From positions 2,188 through 66,187 of the forward strand of contig JBEIHC010000002.1 of assembly GCA_040381555.1 (NCBI GenBank): a stretch of DNA of 64,000 bases, in the 5' to 3' direction. Numbering within the stretch: position 1 is the stretch's first letter; each line of letters starts with the position of its first letter. The position numbers were made by a program, and so were the translations under genes. Positions 55,897-64,000 of the stretch are shown piece after piece. This stretch comes from Bacteroidia bacterium. GTDB taxonomy: Bacteria; Bacteroidota; Bacteroidia; J057; RFSG01. Under the pieces are notes generated by a model, which saw nothing but the letters and a program-made list of their open reading frames with translations, searched no databases and was not told the origin of the DNA.

Positions 55897-56540
55897 TAGC
55901 GTAAATCGACTATTTCAAATCCAGGATAGGAGGCTTTATTGAATACAAATTCAGAATCCAGGATACCTGTATCTGTTTTTATATTGCTGAGTTCATACCG
56001 AACGAGGGCCCCATTTCTTTGGAAGATTACAGCACGCTCCAGCATAAGAGATTTCTTATTGACCCATACTTCCACTCGAGTGTAGTCAGAGTTTTTGTTT
56101 AAGGAGAACAAACTCATTTTGTGATAGACAGCAGCACCAATGGTTTCTTCCTTGTCATATCTGGATTTTGTTTCCTTTTCGTAGATTTTATACATACGAT
56201 CTAGGCTCAAACTTTCCTCTGGATCAAACTCAGAGATATTAATTTCCTTCTCTGGTTTCATCACCATCCAAATGGTGGCACCATCACATATAACTTCTTG
56301 CTCACTAAATGAAACCCGATACTTTTTACCTTTAATTTTCATGGTTCCTGTACGGGAGGTATTGCCATTTTTCAAGCTTTTATTTTCTAAAGTATATTTG
56401 AAAGAGGTGGTCATATCCTTCAGGGCATTATACTTTTGGCGAGAGCTGCTCATAATTTCAGCAGCTTTAGGGTCGTTTTGACCATTTACTCCAATGGCCC
56501 CTAATAAAACACAGGCAAAAAACAGGAAGAGATTTTTCAT
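55896..56540 (-). CDS. LolA-like outer-membrane lipoprotein carrier protein
   Basis: 214 aa. Signal peptide and LolA-like pattern. It occupies the conserved position immediately downstream of ftsK, as in other Bacteroidota. Confidence 0.7.
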   Translation of the reverse strand: MKNLFLFFACVLLGAIGVNGQNDPKAAEIMSSSRQKYNALKDMTTSFKYTLENKSLKNGNTSRTGTMKIKGKKYRVSFSEQEVICDGATIWMVMKPEKEINISEFDPEESLSLDRMYKIYEKETKSRYDKEETIGAAVYHKMSLFSLNKNSDYTRVEVWVNKKSLMLERAVIFQRNGALVRYELSNIKTDTGILDSEFVFNKASYPGFEIVDLR

Positions 56541-56561
56541 AATCCTACAAAAATACGCAAA

Positions 56562-59234
56562 TCAGGAATGGCGTTTCAAAAACTGTTCCAAATCTGCTTC
56601 AGTATGAATTAATACCTCTCTGGGTTTGGATCCATTAGTAGGACCTACGATTCCGGCTCTCTCCATTTGATCCATAATTCTGCCAGCCCGATTGTAACCA
56701 AGTTTTAATCTTCTTTGAATAAGGGAGGTAGATCCTTGCTGATGTCGCACGATTAATTTAGCTGCATCTTCAAACATTCTATCCCTTTCTCCGGGTTCTA
56801 AGTCATCTTCCTCTTCTCCGTCATTTTCATCCGCAACTTCAGGCAAGAAGTAAGCATCTGGATATCCCGTTTGGTTGCTGATAAACTCCACCAGCTTTTC
56901 CACTTCCGGAGTATCAATAAAAGCATTTTGAATGCGGATTACATCACTACCCGTTGAAATCAACATATCCCCTCTGCCAATCAGGCGATCCGCTCCCCCT
57001 TGATCCAAAATCGTTCTGGAATCAATTTTTGAACTAACCTTATAGGAAATTCGGGTAGGGAAATTTGCTTTTATAATTCCGGTAATTACATTGACTGATG
57101 GTCTTTGAGTAGCAACTACTAGGTGAATCCCTACAGCTCGTGCTAACTGCGCCAAACGGGCAATAGGAGTTTCAACTTCTTTTCCGGCTGTCATCATCAA
57201 ATCGGCCAACTCATCTATAATTAATACAATATAGGGCAAGAACTTATGGCCACGAAGGGGATTCAGCCTGCGATCCATGAACTTCTTATTGTACTCCGTA
57301 ATATTCCGGGTGTGAGCGAGCTTCAATAAATCGTATCGAGAATCCATCTCCATACACAAACTATTCAGCACATGAATAACCTGTTTTGAATCGGTAATAA
57401 TGGAATCTTCGTAATTGGGTAGCTTAGCTAAGAAGTGATTTTCAATGGGCTGATAGAGCGGCATTTCGACCTTCTTAGGATCTATCAACACAAACTTAAC
57501 CTGGCTTGGATGCTTCTTATAAAGAATTGAAGCAATAATATTGTTCAAGCCAACTGATTTCCCTTGGCCAGTAGCACCTGCTATCAACAGGTGGGGCATT
57601 TTGGTTAGGTCGGCAATGTACACTTCATTGGTAATGGTTTTACCAATGGCTATAGGCAGTTCTGCTTTGGTATCTCTGAATTTTTCAGTACCAATCACAC
57701 TTCGGAAGGTAACCATCTCAGGATGAGAATTCGGAATTTCTATCCCAATGGTCCCTTTTCCCGGAATAGGAGCGATAATTCGTATACCTAAGGCTGCAAG
57801 ACTTAAGGCAATGTCATCTTCCAGATTCCGGATTTTACTAATCTTTATTCCCGGTGCAGGTACAATTTCATAGAGCGTAACGGTGGGACCAATCGTTGCC
57901 TTTATTGAAACAATCTCGATTCCATAGTTTCGAAGGGTTGTTTCAATTTTTTCTTTGTTGGCCACCAATTCTTGACGCTCCAACTCTGGAGATGGCCCGG
58001 CAGGCTGATGATTTAACAGATCTATTGTGGGATATTTATAACTCCGCAACTCTAGGGTTGGGTCATACAAGTCCCAATCGACCACTGTATCCATTTCATG
58101 AGACTTATCCTGGTCTGCCTCTGAAATTATTTTCTCTACTTTATCTCCTTCTGTAACGACAATATTTTCATGATCTTCTAGTAATCCTTCATACTCAGGT
58201 TCCGGCTCGCCTGGTTTTTCAAAAGTGAATTCTACTTCTTGGGTCTTTTCGCTTTTTTTCTCTTTTATCGGAGTGTTTACTGAAAATTCAATTTCTTTAC
58301 CTTTTTCCGGAATAGCTGATTCCTCTGAATCGTTATCTATCTCGAATAAAACATCTTCTTCTTCCTCTTCCTCTTTTGAGTCTTCCTCTTCTGTAATTTC
58401 AGCCTCTGAATTCAACTGGTTTTCCGTTTCGTTCAAAACGGTTTTAGGGATTTTACCTGATTTATTTCTCGCTTTTTTCTGTTCCGGTTCTTCCGTTTCT
58501 TCAGATATAGGTTCTTCCTCTTGGTCTTGAAGACGATTGGAGTCTTTTAACCAGGTTCCAGGGTTAAGGTCAATATTATATTGCAATACAAGTGCACCAA
58601 TGAGGCTGATTAAAATCAACAATCCTGTACCTGCTGTTCCAATGAATAAGTGGAGGGCTTCAGTCATCTGTAAACCAATAGCTCCGCCCCAATCTGGGCT
58701 TTCTAACCCAAAAGTGCGGGCAATCCATGCCCCTGTTAATGCGGTCCAAGGCCATAAGAATAAACAAGCGAAAAACAGGAACGATGCATAGCGCATTTTG
58801 GACTTTTCTAATAAGCCATATCCTGTAAGAACCAACAATACAGGAATACTCAGCGCAATAAATCCTAACCCATCACTTACTAAACGATACGCAACCCATG
58901 CCCCAACAGAACCCAGCCAGTTGGAAGCTTTTTTTACACCGTCCCCACTCAATCCATTTTCAGCGAGATCCGCATCTACAGAGCCATAGAAAAAGTGCGA
59001 AACCAGAGAAAAGAATATAAAAACTCCAGAAGCAATTAAAAATAGTGCGGATAATTTTCGGAATTGCTCCCCTTTCACCCAGGTCAGGAACTGAGGCAAG
59101 ATTTTTTCATCCGCAGTTTCTGTTGGTGCAGTTTCAAGGGTGGGCAATACCTCTTCCTCCCGGTTATCTCGGGCGGAAAGCGGTTCGTTTTTAGGTAAGT
59201 TTTTTCCGTTTGTACGGGATGTGGTATTCCTCAT
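56562..59234 (-). CDS. ftsK: DNA translocase FtsK
   Basis: 890 aa. N-terminal TM helices, an acidic low-complexity linker, a motor domain with Walker A (GATGQGKSV) and Walker B (VLIIDELADLM), and a C-terminal gamma winged helix (STSLIQRRLKLGYNRAGRIMDQME). Confidence 0.93.
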   Translation of the reverse strand: MRNTTSRTNGKNLPKNEPLSARDNREEEVLPTLETAPTETADEKILPQFLTWVKGEQFRKLSALFLIASGVFIFFSLVSHFFYGSVDADLAENGLSGDGVKKASNWLGSVGAWVAYRLVSDGLGFIALSIPVLLVLTGYGLLEKSKMRYASFLFFACLFLWPWTALTGAWIARTFGLESPDWGGAIGLQMTEALHLFIGTAGTGLLILISLIGALVLQYNIDLNPGTWLKDSNRLQDQEEEPISEETEEPEQKKARNKSGKIPKTVLNETENQLNSEAEITEEEDSKEEEEEEDVLFEIDNDSEESAIPEKGKEIEFSVNTPIKEKKSEKTQEVEFTFEKPGEPEPEYEGLLEDHENIVVTEGDKVEKIISEADQDKSHEMDTVVDWDLYDPTLELRSYKYPTIDLLNHQPAGPSPELERQELVANKEKIETTLRNYGIEIVSIKATIGPTVTLYEIVPAPGIKISKIRNLEDDIALSLAALGIRIIAPIPGKGTIGIEIPNSHPEMVTFRSVIGTEKFRDTKAELPIAIGKTITNEVYIADLTKMPHLLIAGATGQGKSVGLNNIIASILYKKHPSQVKFVLIDPKKVEMPLYQPIENHFLAKLPNYEDSIITDSKQVIHVLNSLCMEMDSRYDLLKLAHTRNITEYNKKFMDRRLNPLRGHKFLPYIVLIIDELADLMMTAGKEVETPIARLAQLARAVGIHLVVATQRPSVNVITGIIKANFPTRISYKVSSKIDSRTILDQGGADRLIGRGDMLISTGSDVIRIQNAFIDTPEVEKLVEFISNQTGYPDAYFLPEVADENDGEEEDDLEPGERDRMFEDAAKLIVRHQQGSTSLIQRRLKLGYNRAGRIMDQMERAGIVGPTNGSKPREVLIHTEADLEQFLKRHS

Positions 59235-59413
59235 TTCCTCGTTGACTTGATTTCTGTTGGTAGCTTCTATTTACCGAAAAACGAATTTCAGGGCAAACCC
59301 AATATGCAAAAACAGAATCTGCCTATATTCCAACAAAATAAAGCAGGAAGGTAATGCGATTGGAGGTTCCTATTCCTCGCTTTTATGTGCATAAGGATTT
59401 TTTGACCAGAATA

Positions 59414-60445
59414 TCAGGCAGATTCGGCAATTGCTCGGACAATTCTACGAACTAAAGCAGGTCCTTCATATACATAGCCTGTATATAATTGAATCAAAGA
59501 GGCACCGGCATCTAGTTTTTCGAGTGCATCTTCCGGATGAAAAATCCCCCCTACGCCGATGATTGGTAATTCCCCATTCGTTTGGCGGTTAATCCAACGA
59601 ATAGTTTCGGTGGATTTTTGTCGCAGAGGTTTTCCGGATAAACCACCACTTTGATGAACAAGATCTGAGTTCGAAAGCAAACCTGTTCGAGACAGCGTAG
59701 TGTTTGTTGCGACAACGCCCTGCACTTTTTCCTGCATCAACACTTCCACTAACTCTCCCAAAGCAAATTCGTCCAAATCAGGTGCTATTTTAACAAAAAT
59801 CGGACGATAAATGGGTAAAGACTGGGAATAAGCCACCGTCTGAGAGAGCAATTTTTTTAGCGGCTCCTTTTCTTGCAAGGCTCTTAGTCCTGGGGTATTA
59901 GGAGAACTAATGTTTATGGTAAAATAATCAACCTGTGAAGCCAATTTTCCCATGCAGTATAGATAATCATTTACCGCACCTTCATTTGCTGTGATTTTAT
60001 TTTTTCCGATATTTCCCCCAACAATAAAATCTTGGGGAGAGGTCTTATCGCGTGCAGCAAGCAAATCTGCCAGATGATCTACCCCTTGATTATTAAAGCC
60101 CATGCGATTGATTAAAGCTTGGTCTTTTGTGAGGCGAAACAACCTAGGGTATTCATTTCCAGACTGTTGCTTAGGCGTTACCGTCCCATATTCTGCAAAA
60201 GAAAATCCTAAGTCAGACCAACTAGGGTGCAGCACCCCATCTTTATCGAAACCAGCGGCGAGACCAACTGGATGGCGAAAGTTGAGTCCGGCCAATGTTA
60301 CAGGGTGATTGGGTGTGTTTCCCCACCATTCCTTTATTAATGAATGAAAAGGAGATTGCATCAAAAACCTCAACGAGGAAAACACCAGACGATGCGCTTG
60401 TTCGGGTGGAAGTTGAAATAGCAGGGGTTTCAGCAAAGAATACAT
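59414..60445 (-). CDS. pyrD: Dihydroorotate dehydrogenase (quinone), class 2
   Basis: 343 aa. GLAAGFDK, NISSPNTPGLR and the GVGGI motifs. Confidence 0.9.
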   Translation of the reverse strand: MYSLLKPLLFQLPPEQAHRLVFSSLRFLMQSPFHSLIKEWWGNTPNHPVTLAGLNFRHPVGLAAGFDKDGVLHPSWSDLGFSFAEYGTVTPKQQSGNEYPRLFRLTKDQALINRMGFNNQGVDHLADLLAARDKTSPQDFIVGGNIGKNKITANEGAVNDYLYCMGKLASQVDYFTINISSPNTPGLRALQEKEPLKKLLSQTVAYSQSLPIYRPIFVKIAPDLDEFALGELVEVLMQEKVQGVVATNTTLSRTGLLSNSDLVHQSGGLSGKPLRQKSTETIRWINRQTNGELPIIGVGGIFHPEDALEKLDAGASLIQLYTGYVYEGPALVRRIVRAIAESA

Positions 60446-60475
60446 AGAGAAAATGGATGCACATTAAAATAAATT

Positions 60476-60510
60476 AAAAAAGCCGCCCCTGCAGGCAGAG
60501 ACGGCTTTTT
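60476..60510. terminator. Bidirectional rho-independent terminator between pckA and pyrD
   Basis: A6, then GCCGCCCCTGCAGGCAGAGACGGC (GCCG/CGGC outer stem with further inner pairs), then T5. It lies 22 nt downstream of the pckA stop on the minus strand. Confidence 0.7.
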
Positions 60511-60532
60511 GAATGCTTAAATCAGGTAATAA

Positions 60533-62152
60533 TCAGGAATTGGCCATCACCTTGGGTGCAGCAGCCAATATTTCCTCATTGGCAAAATTTGCATATTGAC
60601 TGAAGTTTTTCACAAAAGCAGCCGCCAATTCATTCGCTTTTTTGTCATAGGCAGATTTATCTGTCCAAGTATTTCTGGGTGTTAAAATCTCAGTCGGAAC
60701 ATTTGGAACTGATTGAGGAATGTGTAGACCAAAAATGGAATCAGCCACTGTTGGAACTGCATCTAACTCACCATTGAGGGCAGCAGAAATCATCGCTCTG
60801 GTAAAAGATAATTTCATTCTGGAGCCTACACCGTATGGACCACCAGTCCAGCCTGTATTTATCAACCAAACATTGACTTTGTTTTCTTTTAGTTTTTTCC
60901 CGAGCAACTCAGCGTATTTAGTAGGATGCAAGGGAAGGAAAGCTTTACCAAAACAGGCGGAGAAGGTCGTTTGAGGTTCTGTTACCCCTGCTTCTGTACC
61001 TGCAACTTTTGCGGTGTAACCAGAGATAAAATGATACATCGCCTGACCTGGACTTAGCTTCGAAATGGGAGGTAAAACACCAAAAGCATCGGCAGTAAGA
61101 AGGAAGATGTTTTTAGGGATACCTCCGACAGATGGCTCTACTGCATTATTGATATAATGGATTGGATAGGCAACCCGCGTGTTTTCAGTTACTTCGGTAT
61201 TGGTAAAATCAACCGTTGTAGTACCATCGATGAAACGACAGTTTTCCAATAGGGCACCAAATTTAACCGCATCCCAAATTTGAGGTTCTTTTTCTCGAGT
61301 GAGGTCTACACATTTTGCATAACATCCGCCCTCAAAATTAAATACACCATTATTTGTCCATCCATGCTCATCATCTCCAATTAAATTGCGATTGGGATCT
61401 GCCGACAAGGTCGTTTTTCCAGTACCAGATAAACCAAAAAATATAGCTGTGTTCCCATCTTGGCCAATGTTGGCAGAGCAGTGCATGGGAAGTACATTTT
61501 TAAATGGCAATACATAATTCAATACCGTGAAAATACCTTTTTTCATCTCTCCGGTATAAGCAGAACCACCAATTAGGATGATTTTTTTGGTAAAATCAAT
61601 AATAGTAAAGTTGTGTTGACGGGTGCCATCAATAGAAGGGTCTGCTTTGAATCCACAAGCATTCACAATATGCCATTCTGGATTAAAATCAGTTGGATTG
61701 TCTAATTCTTCCTGATTGGGACGAAGGAATAGATTGTTACAAAATAGATTATGCCATGGGTTTTCATTAATCACCCGGAGTTTAATGCGGTGTTCTGGGT
61801 CAGCGCCGGCGTAAGCATCACGGGCATAGAGGTCTTTACCCTGAAGGTATCCCATTATGCGATTGTATAGCTTCTCAAATTTTTCAGAGCTAAACTCATT
61901 ATTTACATCTCCCCACCAAACATGATCTTTTGTGTTTTCATCTTTAACCACAAATTTATCTTTGGGAGAACGCCCGGTAAACTCTCCGGTATCAACCATG
62001 ATTGCTCCTGTGTCAGCCAAAACACCTTCTCCACGGAGAATGGTCTCTTCGACAAGTTCAGAGGGGGTTAAATTCCAAACAACAGAGGCGGGATTTTTAA
62101 TGCCCAAGTAGGCTAAAGAATTATCCAGTGCATTTGTTCCGGATTCTTGCAT
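60533..62152 (-). CDS. pckA: Phosphoenolpyruvate carboxykinase (ATP)
   Basis: GLSGTGKTTLS kinase-1a motif, IGDDEHGW and the FNFEGGCYAK motifs. The ATG at 62152 (MQESGTNALD...) is preferred because the 27 extra codons of the long ORF contain a promoter-like box. Confidence 0.92.
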   Translation of the reverse strand: MQESGTNALDNSLAYLGIKNPASVVWNLTPSELVEETILRGEGVLADTGAIMVDTGEFTGRSPKDKFVVKDENTKDHVWWGDVNNEFSSEKFEKLYNRIMGYLQGKDLYARDAYAGADPEHRIKLRVINENPWHNLFCNNLFLRPNQEELDNPTDFNPEWHIVNACGFKADPSIDGTRQHNFTIIDFTKKIILIGGSAYTGEMKKGIFTVLNYVLPFKNVLPMHCSANIGQDGNTAIFFGLSGTGKTTLSADPNRNLIGDDEHGWTNNGVFNFEGGCYAKCVDLTREKEPQIWDAVKFGALLENCRFIDGTTTVDFTNTEVTENTRVAYPIHYINNAVEPSVGGIPKNIFLLTADAFGVLPPISKLSPGQAMYHFISGYTAKVAGTEAGVTEPQTTFSACFGKAFLPLHPTKYAELLGKKLKENKVNVWLINTGWTGGPYGVGSRMKLSFTRAMISAALNGELDAVPTVADSIFGLHIPQSVPNVPTEILTPRNTWTDKSAYDKKANELAAAFVKNFSQYANFANEEILAAAPKVMANS

Positions 62153-62188
62153 AGTTTTAAGGGTTTGATGGTGAACTAATTTTCGACG

Positions 62189-62196
62189 CAAAGTTA
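62189..62196 (-). promoter_or_regulatory. Candidate -7 box TAACTTTG with TTTG 19 nt upstream (minus strand)
   Basis: The minus strand reads cATTTGacattcgtgcgatacctgtTAACTTTG, ~37 nt upstream of the pckA ATG at 62152. This matches the TTTG-N19-TAnnTTTG architecture. Confidence 0.4.
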
Positions 62197-62258
62197 ACAG
62201 GTATCGCACGAATGTCAAATGAGCCGGAGGCAATTCTACAAATTTGAAAACAATAACA

Positions 62259-62972
62259 ATGGATTATTTTTTAGGGGAACAAGTAAATTCTGATACTATC
62301 TGTCTGAAAGACCAAGAGATGCATCATTGTTTGAAGGTGTTAAGACACAAGGCTGGTGATTTAATTGGAGTGACGAATGGGCTAGGAAATTTATGGATAT
62401 GCCAGATTGTAGAAGACGATTGGAAATCAAAAGAGCTTATAGCTCAGATAGTTTCTGAACATCCGGAGCAGGGAGAAGACCCAGCAGGGATTTGTCTAAT
62501 TTGCTGTGGCCCAGAAGATAGTGGCAGAATGGAATGGCTGATTGAAAAGTCTGTGGAATTGGGGGTCTCCCACTTACATATAGTTAAATCTGCACGCAGC
62601 GGATTTCTGCGCCTCAAACCAGTTAGAATTGAATCCATCTTAAAAACGGCAGTAAAGCAATGTGGCCGAAGTCGAATTCCTGAATATAAAATTTTTAATA
62701 GTCTGAGCGAGTCATTAGCAGAAATAGCAGATAATAAAGGACTTAGGTTGGTAGGGGCAGAATTGGCAGAGCCTATTCGATCTCAAGATTTACTAGAGAT
62801 AAATACTCCCATTACTCTCTGCTGTGGACCGGAAGGAGACTTCACTCCCGAAGAGTTAACTTTACTGAAAAATGAATACGGTTTTCTACCCGTATCAATT
62901 GGAAATACCCGATTAAGATCAGAGACGGCCTGCCTCGCTTTGCTCTCTTGGGCAAAGAGTAGAAGAGGATAA
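62259..62972 (+). CDS. rsmE: 16S rRNA (uracil1498-N3)-methyltransferase
   Basis: ~237 aa from the ATG at 62259. The HHCLKVLRHKAGD PUA-like N-terminus and CGPEGDFTPEE motif are typical of RsmE. Confidence 0.85.
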   Translation: MDYFLGEQVNSDTICLKDQEMHHCLKVLRHKAGDLIGVTNGLGNLWICQIVEDDWKSKELIAQIVSEHPEQGEDPAGICLICCGPEDSGRMEWLIEKSVELGVSHLHIVKSARSGFLRLKPVRIESILKTAVKQCGRSRIPEYKIFNSLSESLAEIADNKGLRLVGAELAEPIRSQDLLEINTPITLCCGPEGDFTPEELTLLKNEYGFLPVSIGNTRLRSETACLALLSWAKSRRG

Positions 62973-63048
62973 AATCATTTCAGAAACTGAATTTTACCGT
63001 TCACACAGGGAAAGTTATACACAAATTCACACTAAAAATATAAATCAT

Positions 63049-63056
63049 TATATTTG
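63049..63056 (+). promoter_or_regulatory. Candidate -7 box TATATTTG
   Basis: Matches TAnnTTTG, 60 nt upstream of the ATG at 63116. No clear -33 element. Confidence 0.3.
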
Positions 63057-63115
63057 CCTTAAGCTTATTCTGAGTTAACATTTCTCGAAAAGCAATTATC
63101 ATAGAATCTGTTATT

Positions 63116-64000
63116 ATGTATAAATATCTTATTATTATTGCTGCTGCTATCTTTCTTTTTAAGATTGATACTCAGGCTCAATGTCCTGATAATATAGATT
63201 TTGAGTTGGGCAACTTCACCAACTGGACGGGTCAGTCAGGCTTTAACACCAGTCCCCCCCCTTATGTACTGGTGCCAGGCTTAGTCGCAGGAAAACACAC
63301 CATAATGTCGGGTGCCGGATTGGATCCTAATGTTCCCGCCCTGCCTGTTGTTAGTCCGAATGGAGGTACTTACTCTGTGCGTTTAGGAAATGATTTAACT
63401 GGTGGGGAAGTAGATGTTTTAAGCACTACTTTCATGGTAACCCCCTTGAATACCAGTTTTTACTATGAATATGCCGTCGTGTTGCAAAATGCGGGTCATG
63501 GACCTGCAGAGATGCCTAAATTCGCAATAGAAATACGCGATGCCAATGGACAGACCGTAAATTGTGGGCAATATTTAGTTGCAGCTGGTCAGGGCGTTCC
63601 GGGTTTTCTTAAATATCCGAATCCAATCAACACTTGGGATACAATAGAATATAAACCTTGGTCAGGTGTAAATGTAGATTTAAGTGGGTATATCGGCCAG
63701 ATGATTACTGTTGAATTTAAAACTGAGGATTGTACTTTTTCTGGCCATTATGGCTATGCTTATATTGATTTGACTTGTACGGGAAAACTTGCAACTATTG
63801 GAGCTCTCTGTCAGGGAGACAGTGTTTTTCAATTGGTTGCGCCGAGTGGATTTGCTTCCTATTTATGGCAACCTGGAGGTTTTGCTGGTCAAAGTTTAAA
63901 TGTTGCAAATGCCACTCCCGGACAAATTTATACCGTTGAATTAACCCCTTTTGGCAATCCTAATTGCAAATCCTATTTGTCTGACACGGTAGATATTCTT
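63116..64000 (+). CDS. Large secreted protein, N-terminal part (T9SS-cargo-like); runs off the right edge
   Basis: I translated this by hand. Signal peptide MYKYLIIIAAAIFLFKIDTQAQC, then FELGNFTNWTG...YSVRLGN...YAVVLQNAGH...EFKTEDCTFSGHYGYAYIDLTC. The frame is open for all 295 codons to position 64000. Confidence 0.6.
   Translation, partial: MYKYLIIIAAAIFLFKIDTQAQCPDNIDFELGNFTNWTGQSGFNTSPPPYVLVPGLVAGKHTIMSGAGLDPNVPALPVVSPNGGTYSVRLGNDLTGGEVDVLSTTFMVTPLNTSFYYEYAVVLQNAGHGPAEMPKFAIEIRDANGQTVNCGQYLVAAGQGVPGFLKYPNPINTWDTIEYKPWSGVNVDLSGYIGQMITVEFKTEDCTFSGHYGYAYIDLTCTGKLATIGALCQGDSVFQLVAPSGFASYLWQPGGFAGQSLNVANATPGQIYTVELTPFGNPNCKSYLSDTVDIL

Noticed and set aside
57541-58989. Plus-strand ORFs of 61-101 aa inside ftsK, including a Ser-rich 101-aa ORF (58225-58530)
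   Set aside because: They are antisense to FtsK, including its acidic linker. They have no start context or family signal and are shadow ORFs.

Overview
This 64-kb window looks like core chromosome from a Bacteroidota bacterium. The evidence is LolA-FtsK synteny, DUF4249, DUF5686 and DUF2480 genes, a T9SS-style secreted protein, TAnnTTTG-type -7 boxes and the absence of Shine-Dalgarno signals. GC is roughly 40% by eye. I call about 55 protein-coding genes, almost all housekeeping:
- NAD, pyrimidine, purine and riboflavin metabolism: nadB, pyrD, pyrF, purD, ribH.
- Replication and segregation: holB, recR, scpA, ftsK.
- RNA modification: dusB, queA, rsmE, rsmI.
- Envelope biogenesis: lnt, cdsA, lolA-like, several glycosyltransferases, a TonB-dependent receptor.
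- Other: pckA, kbl, coaX, birA, rsfS, clpS, dps.

I recognise no rRNA, tRNA, CRISPR array, transposase, integrase or phage gene. I did not find a convincing multi-gene novel system and will not invent one.

Observations worth a second look, in rough order of interest:
1. Five tandem ~88-bp repeats (54634-55058) sit in a convergent gap next to a decayed gene. Each carries paired ATCTG motifs and a 17-bp near-palindrome.
2. An orphan protein (47781-48773) consists only of the RecQ C-terminal modules (RQC, HRDC, HTH) with no helicase core. It lies in a patch that looks locally GC-elevated.
3. Three cases of gene decay: a PIN/VapC toxin split by a 1-nt insertion just after its catalytic Asp codon, a RibD_C/DHFR-family pseudogene with a stop and two frameshifts, and a glycosyltransferase whose conserved N-terminus has no canonical start codon.
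4. Two paralogous terminator-like hairpin elements share a conserved 5' box (8781-9010).
5. Several gene-free gaps of 400-450 bp, and short operator-like repeats in promoter regions.

All functional calls come from reading the supplied translations for family motifs. No database search was run.
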